From assembly GCF_006345805.1 (NCBI RefSeq), contig NC_043013.1, forward strand, positions 124,001-188,000: a DNA stretch of 64,000 nucleotides. The letters are read 5' to 3'. The translations under genes were made by a program, and so were the position numbers. This DNA is from Octopus sinensis. Taxonomy: Eukaryota. Each line of letters starts with the position of its first letter. Within the stretch, counting starts at the first letter, position 1. The notes beneath the pieces were generated by a model. The model did no database searches. It was not told the origin of the DNA and saw only the letters and a list, made by a program, of their open reading frames with translations. This document shows, one piece after another, positions 38,631 to 53,100 of the stretch.

Positions 38631-40169
38631 GATTAGTAATAAAAACAACAATACAGGAGGGAGCTCAATATGGTAAATTGATTCATTAGAAATAGCAGCC
38701 AAAATTCTCATAAATCATATCCTGCCATCTTAAAAACAGGTAATGACACATGGAGTAATGTAGATTTTGAGACAATATGCCTGAAGTAAAGGGTAAAAAA
38801 AAAAACCAGGGTGCTTATGGCTCAAATGATTTCAATCATAGGTCTGTTCTAAATACTAACAAATATTTTTTTTTAAATGGCAAAAGCTTTCACAAAAATC
38901 CTATCCAGCAGCTACAAGAATGAGAAGAAGAAGAAGAAGAAACAGATGTAAAAACAATTAAGAAATAATTGTAAGATTAAAAAAGTAATAGACATAAAAA
39001 CACTTAAAAGAACAGCATTCAGCCATTGTTGATTGTTTGCTGGATGAGAAGCTTCAGCATGCTTATTGCCAGATGGGTTCAAGACCTAGGCTTCCACACT
39101 GGCCAATTGTGTGTTTGAGGGTCAGGGGATTAGCTCCAGCCACAGACTGAGAGAATTTAAACTCAGAATGTAAAGAAATGGAATAAATTCCTGCGCCAGA
39201 CATTTTTCAGTCTTTGACCCCTTAGATTGTGGCCATACTGGAGCATCACCTTGAAGAGTTTATTTTTTGTCTTTTATGTGTTTCAGTCATTAGACTGTGG
39301 CCATGCTGGGGCATCACCTTGAAGAATTTTTAGTTGAATGAATCAACCCCAGTACTATTTTTTTTTAAGCCTGATAATTATTTTATCAGTCTCTAGTGCT
39401 GAACTGCTAAGTTATGGGGATGTAAACACACCAACACCAGTTGTCATAGATATATATATATATATATATATATACATGACAAATTTCTTTCAGTTTCCAT
39501 CTAGCAAATCCACTCACAAGGTTTTGGTTAGCCTGATGCCATAGCAGAAGATACTTAGCCAAGGTGCCACACAGTGGGACTGAACCTGGAACCATGTGGT
39601 TGAGAAGCAAGCTTCTTACCTCACAGCTAAGCAAACTGAACTCAGTCCATATTCTTTTTCTTAGTCTCATACTCAGTTCATCAAGGTCATTTGCTGAACT
39701 GCTACATTACAGGGACATAAACAAACCAACACCAGTTATCTAGTAGTGACTGGGACAAACAAAAAGGCATACATTCATATACTTATATAAGAGGCTTCCA
39801 CACAGTTTCCTTCCACCAAATTAACTTGCAAGATATTGGTCAGCTTGGGGCTATAATAGAAGACACTCTAGCATTTCAACCAGCCATATCCAACCCAAAT
39901 ATTCTTTTTCATGTTGAAAGTGACCAGATCCAGCCTCTCACACCTACCCTACAATGTCATTCTAAAAATAAACTTGAAGCTACAGGGTGAGGCATGATTA
40001 ATTCCAAACAAAGCGATTAACAAATCATTTTAATTGACTGAAGAATTTGAATGTTGAAGGGTTAAGATGCTATGGGTGGAGGTTGATCCCCAAAATGCAA
40101 GGGGTTGCAAAATAAATTTCCAAGCCACAAAGTCATGCCTTGTCCCCTTGTTCCATTCTCTAACAATTC

Positions 40170-40395
40170 TTATTTCTTTTCTGCCCACAAGGGGCTACAC
40201 ACAGAGGGGACAGACAAATGGATTAAGTCGATTATATCAACCTCAGTGCATAACTGGTACTTATTTAATCGACCCCGAAAAGATGAACGGCAAAGTTGAC
40301 CTCGGCAGAATTTGAACTCAGAACGTAGCAGCAGGCAAAACACCGCTAAGCATTTCGCCCAGCGTGCTAACGTTTCTGCCAACTCCTCGCTGCCT
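40170..40395 (-). mobile_element. tRNA-derived SINE family S2
   Basis: Colinear with 25318-25540. Confidence 0.85.
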
Positions 40396-41197
40396 TAACT
40401 CTCTGACTCTTCTGTCGACCCACAGCCCTGGATGGGTTCTTTATTTATCAACTAAAAACGATGAAAAATAATGTCTAACCTCAATAGGATTTGAGCACAG
40501 AAAACCAAAATAAAAAAAAACAATTTGCTACCTTTAAAAAAGAAATGAAATAAATATATTTCAATAGGTGCTGCTATGGCTGTGTGGTTAAGAGGCTTGC
40601 TTTGCAACCAAATAGTTTTGAATTCAATCCTATTGTGTGACACTTTGGGAAGTGTCTTCTACAATGGCCCTGGGCTGAGCTTTGTGAGTGAATTTAGTAG
40701 ATGGAAATTGTGTGACAGCTCATCATGTGTGTGTGTGTGTCTGTGTGTGTTTCAAAATGTGAACAGAAACACAACAAAGGAACAAATAGGGAACTCACGC
40801 ACAGGAGGGACATTGCTTGTTCCTCATCAGTTATCATCCAAAAAGTCCTTACAATTTCATGCCTTTAATGATAATGTTCAGCTTCAGTGGCGTCAGCTGT
40901 GAAAAGCTGCTGGGAATAATGACAAAAACAAACTCAACAAAATGTGAACATCACAACCAAAATAAAATTCAAACTATTCTACAGATAAAATAAGGCTTTA
41001 TGGCTCGAAGACAAGATGGAATGATGGGTGACACAAGGAAGATGTCCTATAGGACTGGAAATTTATTATTTAACGAAATGCCATGCATGCTACTTGTTTC
41101 TTTTTTTTACCTATTCAATTGTGTATGTATATATTCTTTTATTCATTTACTTGTTTCAGTAATTTCGACTGTGGCCATGCTGGAGCACCACCTTTAG

Positions 41198-42958
41198 TTG
41201 AATGGCAAAATTAGTAAACTATCTAAAGAGCACATTAGTAAAAAACACCATCTCGCCTGGAAATCCATCGAAGACCTATCAGTCAAAAATTCTGGGTCAT
41301 TAATTAGAATTAAAGGGGGATCAGCTAAGAAGCGTTTAGAAAATTGGTCAACCCATTTTAAAAACCTTCTTGGGAAGAATGCCAAAATCCCTGATAACCC
41401 CACTCTTCCAAGTGTGCCTATATCAGACACGCTGGACATCAACACCTCCCCTTTTACCATATTTGAACTAACAGCAGCCACCAAGCAACTAAAAGCCTCG
41501 AAAGCATTTGGTCCCGACAACATCCCAGCTATAATTTGGAAGGATGATAGATTTCACACACCTTTGCTCAACCTCTGCAACCACACACTTTCCACCTTTG
41601 TTGCTCCAAAGATTTGGCACCAATCTCAAATCATCCCAATATCCAAAACAGGCGACTTATCCCTCGTCACCAACTACAGGGGTATATCTCTAATGTCAAT
41701 TGCTGCAAAACTGTACAACAAACTGATCCTAAATCGTCTTGTCCTTTTTGTTGAACCTTTGCTCCAAAAGAACCAAAATGGATTCAGACATGGGCACTCA
41801 ACACTGAGCCAGATACTATGCCTACGCAGATTTATTGAAGAATCAAAAGCATTTAATCGCGATTTTGAAATGGTAGTTGTAGACTTTTCTAAAGCGTTCG
41901 ATTCTGTAGATAGGTACAAGATGTTTGAAATCCTTCAGCTCTATGGGATACCAGACAAAATCATTTCTGCCATCAAGGTCCTCTACACAGATACGTCTTC
42001 AACCATCTTAACCCCTGATGGAGAAACATCATCTTTCTCAATCAAAGCCGGAATACTGCAGGGAGACACGCTCGCCCTATTTCTTTTCATCATTGTTGTT
42101 GATTATGTGCTACGTATGTCAGTTGATACCATCTCTGGCAAGGGCTTTGAAATAAAACCAAGAAGAAGTTCCAGACACCCAGCTGAGTACTTGACAGACA
42201 CTGACTTTGCTGACGACATCGCTCTTATCAGTGATTCTCTCTCCAATGCCCAGTCTCTTTTACAATCTCTTGAACAAGCCTCAAATTGTGTAGGTTTTTA
42301 CCTCGATGAGGCCAAGACTGAATACATAAACAAGTGCCTGTCCAACAGTGATTGCATCATCCATACTCTCAACAATGCCCCCTTAAATATGGTTTCTGAT
42401 TACAAATATCTTGGGTCATACATATCATCATCTGGAAAAGACTTTCTAACTAGAAAGGGTATGGCCTGGTCAGCCTGTAATGACATGCATAAGATCTGGT
42501 CATCAAATCTAAGTAGAGACTTCAAACTTGAAATCTTCAAAGCCACAGTTGAACCAATTCTACTATATGGCTCAGAAACCTGGACGTTATCAAAGAAGCT
42601 TGAGAGGCGGTTGGATGGAACCTACACTCGCCTCCTTATGAGAGCTCAAAACCTCTCGTGGAAGCGCCATCCAACCAAAATGCAAATATATGGGAAACTA
42701 CCACCTGTGTCATCTCTTGTGAAAGGTAGGTGAGTCCAGTTTGCTGGACATTGTTATAGAGCTGAAAACGAGGCAATTTCTACTCTTCTCCTCTGGAAGC
42801 CATCTACTCGCAATACCAGAGGGCGCACACTCTCCTACCCTGATGTAATCTCCAGGGATACAGGCATCCAGCAACAGGACCTCCGTAATGCCATGATGGA
42901 CCGTGAAGTCTGGCGTAGCATGGTAAATTGCATTGTCTCGACCACGGTCGAACAATGA
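41198..42958 (+). pseudogene. LINE reverse transcriptase ORF, with the APE domain lost and one premature stop at 42731-42733
   Basis: RT motifs GPDNIP, NYRGISL, QNGFR, VDFSKAFDSV, GILQGDTL and DFADDIAL, plus YKYLGS and LLYGSETW; after the stop the frame continues VQFAGHCYR...MMDREVWRSMV..VEQ* to TGA at 42956-42958. Confidence 0.93.
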
Positions 42959-42967
42959 TGATGATGA
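41205..42967 (+). mobile_element. 5'-truncated RTE-clade LINE (family RTE-A) with (TGA)n tail and 10-11-bp TSD, inserted into an S1 SINE
   Basis: TTAGTTGAATG at 41194-41204 and 42968-42978; the S1 SINE is split on either side (41140-41204 and 42968-43130). Confidence 0.92.
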
Positions 42968-44740
42968 TTAGTTGAATGAGTTGACCCCAGGACTTATTCT
43001 TTGTAAAGCTAGTACTTATTCTATGGTTCCTTTTACCAAACCGCTAAGTTACGGGAATGTATACACACCAGCATCGGTTGTGAAGCAATGGTGTGGGACA
43101 AACACAGACACACAAATACATACATGTGTGTGTGTGTGTGTGTATATGTTTTTACACAGGAAGCTGAATTTGGACTATATCCTACAGTCCCTTAATACTT
43201 TTCTGAAATAGCCGTTTGGACTGATCCTTTTTAATCACCTCCTTTAATATACTTTCTACTTTCATGATACCCCTTATATACATTTTCATGTTTTTTATGT
43301 TTATTTTTTATTTTTTATGCTTTTTATTTTTATTTTTCATTTTTTTATTTACATTCTTATATTTTTATGTGAGAGCACCATCCGAGCGTGTTGTTGCCAG
43401 AGCAGCTAACTGGCATCCGTACCAGTGGCATGTAAAAGGCACCATTCAAGCATAATCGTTACTAGCGTCACCTTACTGGCACTTGTGCTGGTGGCACATG
43501 AAAAAAACATTTGAGTGAGGTCGTTGCCAGTGCCGCTGGACTGGCTCCTGTGCAGATGGCACATAAAAAACACCGTTTGAGCGTGGTCATTGCCAGTACC
43601 ACCTGACTGGCCCTCGTGTCAGTGGCACGTAAAAGCACCCACTATACTCTTGGAGTGGTTGGCATTAGGAAGGGCATCCAGCTGTAGAAACTCTGCCAGA
43701 TCAGATTGGAGCCTGGTGCAGCCCCCTGGATTTCCAGACCCTGGTCGAACCGTCCAACCATGCTAGCATGGAAAGCAGATGTTAAACGATGATGGTGATC
43801 ATGATGACGACGACGATTTTTATACTTTTATATTTCTACATTCTTAGTATCTAACTCTTAATATAAACATGTGAATATTTGTATGGAATAATGCTTCTTG
43901 TCAGACATCTGAATTGTGAATTTGCTTGTCTGAATGTTTAAGACAATTATTTGAAATTATCATCATATACTAAATTTTATATGTATATGCATATATGATG
44001 GGTTTCTTTCAGTTTCCATCTACCAAATCCACTCACAAGGCTTTGGTCAGCCCGAGGCTATAGTAGAAGATATTTGCCCAAGGTGCCATGCAGTAGTACA
44101 GAACCCAGAACCATGTGATTGGGAAGCAAGTTTCTTACCACACAGCCACTCCTATAATATATGTAAGATTCAATTGAATAAGGTAATTAAGTTGATGCAC
44201 CTAGTTAAGGCGGAATAATATACATACACAACAATAATTTGCAAATATCAACCTTGGTATTTAAGTACCGGCAGAATGAAATTCCTGTAGGGCTTGCAGA
44301 AAATCAGATTCAGCCGAGTCTAGAATCCCCTCTTGAGCCATTCAGACATGGACACTATTAAATGTACAGTCTATAATAAACTTCAGAATATGTGGAGGGC
44401 ACATTCTGAGACAGGTGAATGATATATAAATAAATAACAAATGAAGGACAGGTGTCAATCCATCATATGTATATTGGGTCATCCTATAAATAATGCAATT
44501 TTTTATACATCTTTTATATTTCAAAATTAAGATAAACAAAGTTCTTTTTTAATCTAAAATATACTTTCCTTCATTTTCTACAATGCTCTTCCATCTATCT
44601 GGTAGACTTGCAAGGCCCTTCTTCCAAAATTCACTTATCCGTGACAACAAATATTTACATTAGGATACATTTGTAATACTCAGAATATATAGACATGTGT
44701 ATTCCAAACGTATCCTAATGTAAATTTTATTGTCCATTGT

Positions 44741-44845
44741 ACACCCTGATGATTTTCCATACAAGGTAATTAAAATGCAAAATTATATATTTATATATAT
44801 TTTGTAATTTTAATTTTGCTTGTGAAATGAAACAATTGTTGGGGA
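44741..44845 (+). ncRNA. Minimal HHR with long AT-rich stem II (family D); stem I decayed
   Basis: CTGATGA at 44746-44752, ~75-nt self-complementary stem II, GAAAC-AATT-GTT at 44829-44840 (ACAAUUGU palindrome). Confidence 0.65.
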
Positions 44846-44890
44846 ATATGATGATTAATTAATAAATTAATTTGTATCCATTAGATCTCA

Positions 44891-45486
44891 CTGTTTTCTA
44901 ACTTAATAATGTTTGATATTTTATGATATTTTATATAATATATTCATTGAAGAATCGTCTCTTCGAAATTTATTTTATTAAACCAGTGTATCTTGGATAA
45001 ATATCCTTATAAGAGGTTTGAATATCTTCATTCTGACTAATATATATATATATATTCTTTTATTCTTTTATATGTTTCAGTCCAATGACTGTGGCCATAC
45101 TGGAGCACCGCCATTGTGATCATCTTTCTACTTTCCACCTTTGTCGGAGCGGCTTTTGGTGAAGGATGAAGTTCAATGCTACTGTCCTCTTTTGAGTTTC
45201 TTGCTTAGATATTGGTTCATCCTGGATCTCGGTGAGCCAGAGTTCAAGTTCATGTTTGAAAACATTTACATCCACTCCATGAAGGCTCCTCAGATGCTTC
45301 AGCAGACAATTAAACAGCTGTGGGCTCCTGAAACATAATATATATTAGTCACAATGAAGATATTCGAACCTCTTATAAGGATATTTATCCAAGATACACT
45401 GGTTTAATAAAATAAATTTCGAAGAGCCGATTCTTCAATGAATATATTATATAAAATATCAAACATCATTATTGAGTTAGAAACAG
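44891..45486. repeat. Inverted repeat with ~150-bp arms (44891-45045 and 45340-45486) downstream of the family D HHR
   Basis: AAACCAGTGTATCTTGGATAAATATCCTTATAAGAGG vs CCTCTTATAAGGATATTTATCCAAGATACACTGGTTT. Confidence 0.85.
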
Positions 45487-45669
45487 AATAATATATTTCT
45501 AAATCACTCAGGGAGATTTATGCAGTAGCAGCACGATAGAGTGATGGTATGTTGTCAACTTAATGTGACAGTCCCATGAAAGGGAAGAATGCTACTGTTA
45601 TTTAACTCTAGGAAACACTGTTTCCTGTTGGACTTGACACATTTCCTGTGTACTTATGCTTTATATATA

Positions 45670-46205
45670 CACAGACATGCAGGAAGTAGACACCTTCAAT
45701 TTTCAAAATCTTTTATTTGATATTAATTGGTTGAAGGGGAGGTTTTCTTCTAGCTGCTCGTTAATAATACTCAAGATTATGCACATATGTAACACACATT
45801 CTTGGACTAACTTCTAGCTGTTTTGCAATGTCAGAAGCCTTCAAATGGGGTTCGTTTTCCACAGTTCTCTTCTAACAGCAAAGTTCCTTTCTGAGGGCCC
45901 ACGTCAGCTGGACAAGAATCTGTTGATTCTTTTCCTTGGCTTTTGAATTGCACTATAATTCTATTAACAATAGCAAGAGGGATTTGAAGATTGCCCAACA
46001 ATACAGCCTCTTTGAAAATCTGACAGTTCTGCTGAATTTTTTGTGCGTGGCATGGTTACTCTTCGCAAATGTTTAATATAATGGCACCTGGAATGAAAAA
46101 GAATAATTACATTGTAAATTCTACATCACTGAAAACATAATAAGACGATTAGATCAGAAATTTTGAAAATTAAAAATGTCTATTTACTTCCTGCATGTCT
46201 ATGTG
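45670..46205 (-). mobile_element. Internally deleted Tc1 transposon
   Basis: TA|CACAGACATGCAGGAAGTA..TTTTCAAAAT TIR with its inverse at ~46160-46205|TA; minus strand from ATG at 46053 gives MPRTKNSAELSDFQRGCIVG ... ASDIAKQLEVS..RAARRKP (Tc1 paired-like HTH). Confidence 0.85.
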
Positions 46206-46218
46206 TATATACATGTGT

Positions 46219-46513
<295 letters not shown>

Positions 46514-46804
46514 TCCATGCTGGTGCCATGTAAATAGCACCCAGTAGACTCTGTGAAGTGGTTGGCATTAGGAATGGCATCCAACTGTAGAAACAATGCC
46601 AAAACAGAGTGTTGAGGTTTGGTGCAGCTACTCAGGTTTGCCATCCCTTGTGAAACCATCCAATCCATTGGACATGGGAAACAGACATTAAACAATGATG
46701 ATGATCATCATATTTTTGTATATGTAAATGTGCGTGTGTGTGTGCGCACGCCTATAGATGGATGGATGGATGGATTTTCCCATTTTAACTGCCTTTTTCT
46801 CTTT

Positions 46805-46842
<38 letters not shown>

Positions 46843-47899
46843 CCTCTCGTTCTCATGCACCCTCTCTTTCTCACTTTCTATCCTCTACATATATTTTGAT
46901 TGCTAAACCAACTAGGTAGCCTCTGCATCATAACTCAGTCTAGTTGAAATAGCAGCAAAGTCTCTCTCAAATAACAGTCAACCAATATATAGAAGGACAC
47001 AACAAATAACTTTGTCCAAGATAGACTAATCCAGAAAAAACTTGGACATGATCATGGCTGGAATGGTCTTTGATCATAAATCTTTTAACTTCTGTCAGTG
47101 CTGACCTGGGGTTAAACAACAACTGAAATGAAATGACCAAATAGATGCATATTGAAGCATCAGATCATGGGTCTGAAGTTGGCTTTCATTGCCAGCAATT
47201 GTTGTGTATTTGTCGAGTGTTGGGCCTCACAGAGGCAATGACCAACACCTTTGGCATTATGTCGTGCTTGAGAAGAAAACCCATCAAGGCGAGCAAAACC
47301 GCAGTTGTGGCAGATACTGGTGTCATGCAAATGGTGCCCATGCCAGTGGAAAGTAAAAGCACCGATTAAACTCTCAGAGTTGTTGGCATTAGGAACAGCA
47401 TCCAGCTGTAGAAAACCATGCCAAATCAGATTGGAGTCTGGTGCAGCCTTCCGGCATACCAGTCAAACCATCCAACCCATGCCAGCATGTACAACAGACA
47501 TTAAATGATGATGATGATGCCGATGCCGCCGACAACGACGACGACGATGATGATTTTGAAGTGCAAATAACCATTGTATCTCTTTGCTGCCTCGAATAGA
47601 GATCAGACAATTTGAAATATTACCTAAAACAGACCAATTTACATAACTATAGTTTGTATATATCTTCCAGTCGTTTAATGTTATTAACACATATTTAAAT
47701 TGCACCATCAGTCATCAAAATTCGTTTGGGCTTTCACACACATACATACACACACACATACATACATGTATCTGGGACTATAAAAATCTAGAAAACCTTC
47801 TTAAGATTCAAAGGAGGATGAATAAAGCAAGATGTTTTCCTTTTCAACCTTGCTGGCGAATAGGTGGCCAGTCAAAATTTATTCTAAATTAAAAAGAGA

Positions 47900-49092
47900 A
47901 ACAGAACACACACACACACACACACGCACGCGCATACATACTTTTAATAATGTACATACATACATACATATGCATACAATATACACACATACGTACAAAC
48001 ATTTATATACACATTCACACACCCATAGATGCACACACACACACACACATGCATTTATGTGCCCAGAGATCCACAGACACATTTTCAGTCTATCTTCTCC
48101 ACCCCACCCTCACTACCTTCTTATTCTCAGATATATACAATTATACTCAACATATACACAGGTTCATTTCTCATATGACTACATACAAGTATATTTATAT
48201 AGAAACAACAAAAAGAAACAACGCATATACATACATGTATATATACATACATATACATATACATACATGTACTTATATTACAACAGCCTTTCATAAGCTT
48301 ATCCCCCCCCACACACACACACTTAAACATGTTACACATGTATACATATACATATATGTATTCCCATTACTTTATACATACATACATATATATATATATA
48401 CACCCTTACAGCTTCCCTACACACCTACACTAATTTAATCATAACCCATATTTATGCATACACCTGGTTTTACATACCAATAGACAAATACACATACATG
48501 TTCACTCAACACACATATACAAGCATGAAGATACACCCTTAAAGCACTTATATACACTAATTCCATTCTACAAACACATATACACACATAAACTATTATG
48601 TATATACACAAGTTTTATCCACTCTGTCATAAAATGCACAAAACATGCAGATACCTCTGCACATTCATTAGAACCAGAAATCACAGCATTCATACACCCA
48701 CACGAATACATTTTTCAAACTACACACACACACAAACACACACACACACAGAGGCATGCCTACATGCACACACATACAGTCTACCTGAAGACACAAACAG
48801 TCAATAAATAATGCAAACACATGTTTAGCACTTCATATCCACACAGACATTTTCATAAGGTATGCATATATACACAAAGTTACACACATGTAATAGATAC
48901 AGGCACACTGATGTTAACCTACATGAACGGGCAACCACACATGTATACTGATTCTTTGATAAGGTGCACATGCACACACACACACACAGACGCAAATACG
49001 CACATGTATAACTGCACACCTACATGCCACACACACATTGAATCTTCCAGCAGACAGACATATATATACATACATATATATATATACATATA

Positions 49093-49133
<41 letters not shown>

Positions 49134-49865
49134 CACACGCACACACACACACACACTCACATAGGTACACTTACGTACATATGTATTGTAACATGCCTAT
49201 ACAGCATGAATCGTTCATCAGACACACACACACACAGCCACATACCCACACCAACACTGCTGTGCACTTTGGTAATTCCCCACCTATAACTTCCTGTACA
49301 GCTCCGTATCGATTAAAACGCAAGCAATATATCCTTTCTAAAACTCAAACTATTGATTGCACGTCTTTTTTTTCTCTTTTCTTTCTATAGTTTTGCTTTG
49401 TTTTTGTTTTGTATTTATGTGTGTGCTCGTGTGCGTATGTGTGTGTGTGTGTGGTTATGCATAATGTATATTTGTATGTATGTATATACATATTACATAT
49501 GTATAACATATGAATATATACATATATATATTTGTATGTATGTATTTACACGTGTGAGTGTATGCGCGAGTGTGTATGCGCACATGTGTGTGTGTGTGTG
49601 TGTATTATATGATAGTCTTTTAAAGAGTGAGACTTGAATTTTTCTAAATTGATTCTCTTCAAAGTCTCAAAGACTCAATTCTTTAGTATTGTTCTTCCTT
49701 TCGATGAAAGACAGCAAGAAATAGCATTTTCTTTCTTGCACATACATACACACACATACATTCCTACCTACCTACTTAACTACCTAACTACATACATACA
49801 TACATACATATATACATATTGACATACACATACACACACACATATATATATACATACATACATTC
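47900..49865. repeat. Long degenerate (CA/TA) low-complexity tract
   Basis: Direct reading; source of many spurious H/T/Y/I-rich ORFs. Confidence 0.85.
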
Positions 49866-50339
49866 TTAGATTTAGAGTCACATTCATACGAACTATTCTA
49901 CTTACTTCCATAGCTACGCATCTTTTCAGTAAAATTAAATAAAATGATTTTCCTGTGTCTGGCTGTTAGCAGTGGGGTGGGGATGTGTCCCCTTTGGTTT
50001 ATATCTCCCCATTTGAACACCAAAATCTAAATCTAGGCTCAGGGTTAATGTCTCAGGGATAACTAGGGCTAACCTTAAGACACGTAAACTAATTTTCCCT
50101 TTCATGCTCCAAATACCAAACCTTAACCCTTTACCATTCAGATTATCCTTTCAGATTATCCCTTACCATTCAGATTATCTTTTCAGATTATCCCTTTACC
50201 ATTCAGATTATCCTTTCAGATTATCCTTTAGCATTTGTATTATCCTTTCAGATTATCCCTTTACCATTCAGATTATCCTTTCAGATTATCCCTTACCATT
50301 TGGATTATCCTTTCCAATGTAATCCTTATTCACCCACAT

Positions 50340-50870
50340 TCATCATCATCAACATTTAATGTCTGTTGGATGGTTCGACTGGGCTGGCATGCTGGAAGGC
50401 TGCACCAAACTCCTGTCTGATTTCGCACGGTTATCTATGGTTGAATGCCCTTCCTAACACCAACCACTCCAAGAGTGTGATGGTTGCTTTTACAGAACAC
50501 CGGGGTGCGTTTACATGCCACTGGCACAGGTGCCAATTTGTGTGACACCAGTACCTAACACGACTGTGATTTTGCTCAGCTTGACAGGTCTTCTTCTCAA
50601 GCATGACATAATGCCAAAGGTTTTGGTCATTGCCTCTGTGAGGCCCAACACTCAAAAGTCACTCAGCCACTTTGCTTCCGTGAGGACTAACGTTCAAAAG
50701 ATGTTCTTTACATGCCATCAGCACAGGCTCACTTGGCTTGATGGGTCCTCTCGAGCACAGCACATCTTCAAAGGTCTCGGACACCAGTCATTGCCTCTGT
50801 GAGGCTCAAGGTTCGAAGATCATGCTTCACCTCGTTCCCATGTCTTCCTGGGTCTACCTCTTCCTCAGTT
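50340..50870 (-). mobile_element. RTE-B LINE 3' end inserted into a piggyBac-type MITE whose left end carries a (TTCAGATTATCC)n expansion
   Basis: Minus strand GRGRPRKTW coding remnant at ~50835-50865 and (CAT)n tail at 50340; MITE halves at ~50123-50340 and ~50877-51045. Confidence 0.75.
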
Positions 50871-51179
50871 TCTCTCCTGAATTAATCATGTTTTATTTTT
50901 TAGCTTTGACATTTTGATGATTTAATTGTTTATTTTTTAGAATGACATTGCAGAGAAGGTGTGAAAGGCTGGATATGGCCAGTTTGAACATAAAACAGGT
51001 AGAAGATCTTGGACAAATACGGCTGGTTTAAATGCTAAAGAGTTGACTTGTTGATATAGATTAAGTCCAAGGTGGTGAGCTGGAAGAATTGTCAGCAGAC
51101 TGAGCGAAACACTTAGCAGCATTTCACCTGTCTTTATGTTGTGGGTTCAAATTTCACCAAGGTTGACTTTGCAGTCAAA

Positions 51180-51258
51180 TAGATAGATGGATGGATGGAT
51201 AGAGGAATGGATGGATAGAGGAATGGATGGACAGGTAGAGAAATGGATAGATAGATAT

Positions 51259-51291
<33 letters not shown>

Positions 51292-51300
51292 GAGACAGAC

Positions 51301-51372
<72 letters not shown>

Positions 51373-51408
51373 AGACGGACGGACGGACGGACGGATGGAT
51401 GGACAGAC
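51180..51408. repeat. (GATG/GATA/GACA/GACG)n tetranucleotide tract following an S2 SINE head
   Basis: Direct reading. Confidence 0.9.
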
Positions 51409-52522
51409 AATCTCCCGTCACACATATAAAACTTCCCCCATCTATCTCCCATGTCTCTCTCTTCTCTGATACCTTCTTATATCTTGAGATGCTCTGGCAT
51501 CTCACCACCACAACCATTTCTATTTCCTTTCCAGCTCCTCTTACCCACCCTCATATAATGTGGGGTAGCCTTCTATCTCATTTCCCAGACATCTGGGCTT
51601 GTCCTATCATCATATTCTACCTTTTCAGCTCTTGGCAAAGAACCATCGCCTCCACCTCCCATTTTGTCAAGGAAGCTTTTCCCTTTTTGCCCTTTCTCCT
51701 AATTCCCATTCTTTATTTGTTTTATCATTTGGGATCTCATTATTGGCAGTGACTCAAAAGAAAGCACACAGGAAATGGTTGGCATTAAGAAGGGCATCCA
51801 GCCATAGACAATCAGAGCCTGGTGCAGCTCTTGAGCCAGCTAACTCCCGTCAAACTGTCTGTCCCTTGCCAGCATGGAAAAATAGACATTAAATGATGAT
51901 GATGACGTACTCTGTCACTCTCTCTCCCTCACTCTTCCTCCCTTGCTCATGTGGCTCCCACCTGACCATCAACCATCTTTCTTTGTTCTCCTAACATGTG
52001 TTTCTTTCTTTCTCTCCGTTGTAGCTCGAACAAGGACGTGTTCATCTCTGTCTCCTGTCCAAGCCTGATTTCTGCGTTTGCCACAACAAGCTCATTTAGG
52101 CTTAGCAGCCCTTCCTGTTTGTTTTCACTGTCCTGTTTGTGTTACCAATTTTGAACCTCCACAAAATCCCAAATTTTATTTAATTTGCTTTGTGGGAACA
52201 ACTGTTTTATCGAAAGCGTATATTGTTGTTAAATGCTCGAAATACAAGAGTAGAAAAATAGCCAACGACTGATGAAGGGTCGTTCTTTATGTTGTTTGTC
52301 TTGTTTTCCATTTGTGTCTTACATTGTTCGAAAAATAGTTCATATTCCATGTACTCGTGCTTCGTACTTTTTTTGTTGTACACATTTCATGATATCCTGT
52401 GCGCACATATGCATATATATATATTAGAAGGTTTGGAGATGATGTACAGGTATTATATACTAGAAGAAATAAGGTACTCAGAAATCTGGATAGTTTTATA
52501 TTTACAGATATTTATTAATATG

Positions 52523-52564
<42 letters not shown>

Positions 52565-52971
52565 ATACACATATATATATAACTCCCAGAAAGTTAGAGG
52601 TTGTGAATCCAACCCACTAAGGGATAATATATATCCAATATACTGCTGGTAGAATACCCAATTATTAATGCACAAGTTTTTTTTATTGCATTACAATTAC
52701 ATTACCAGTGTACTAAATGGGTGAAGGTAAAGAGATATTTTACCATTAATTTATAGAGCAATAAGAAAATGGAGGGGATCAATAGGTGGTTCATCAACTT
52801 TTAGACATTATATTATGTTAACTTATTTATTTATTTACTAAACTGATAGTTACAATAATATACATACATATTACATATTATGCTTTACATATAAGATATA
52901 AAATATAGTATTATATAAGGATACCAGTAATTATTATAAAATAAAATAACAAACATGGATATAAATTGGGA

Positions 52972-53100
52972 AAATAACATACAGCTGTTTCAGCTAATAG
53001 ATAAAAATACCTCATTCTACCTTTATTACTCAAGTGGAGTGAAGTAATAGGTAGATGAAAATAAGGTACTTGGGTATATCTCTAGGCTTTGTCAGAGATT
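52972..53100 (-). ncRNA. Degenerate minimal HHR with ~95-nt stem II (family E)
   Basis: Minus strand CUGACAA (likely CUGACGA with CpG decay; 53089-53095) ... GAAAC-AGCU-GUA (52980-52991; ACAGCUGU palindrome); stem I poor. Confidence 0.5.
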
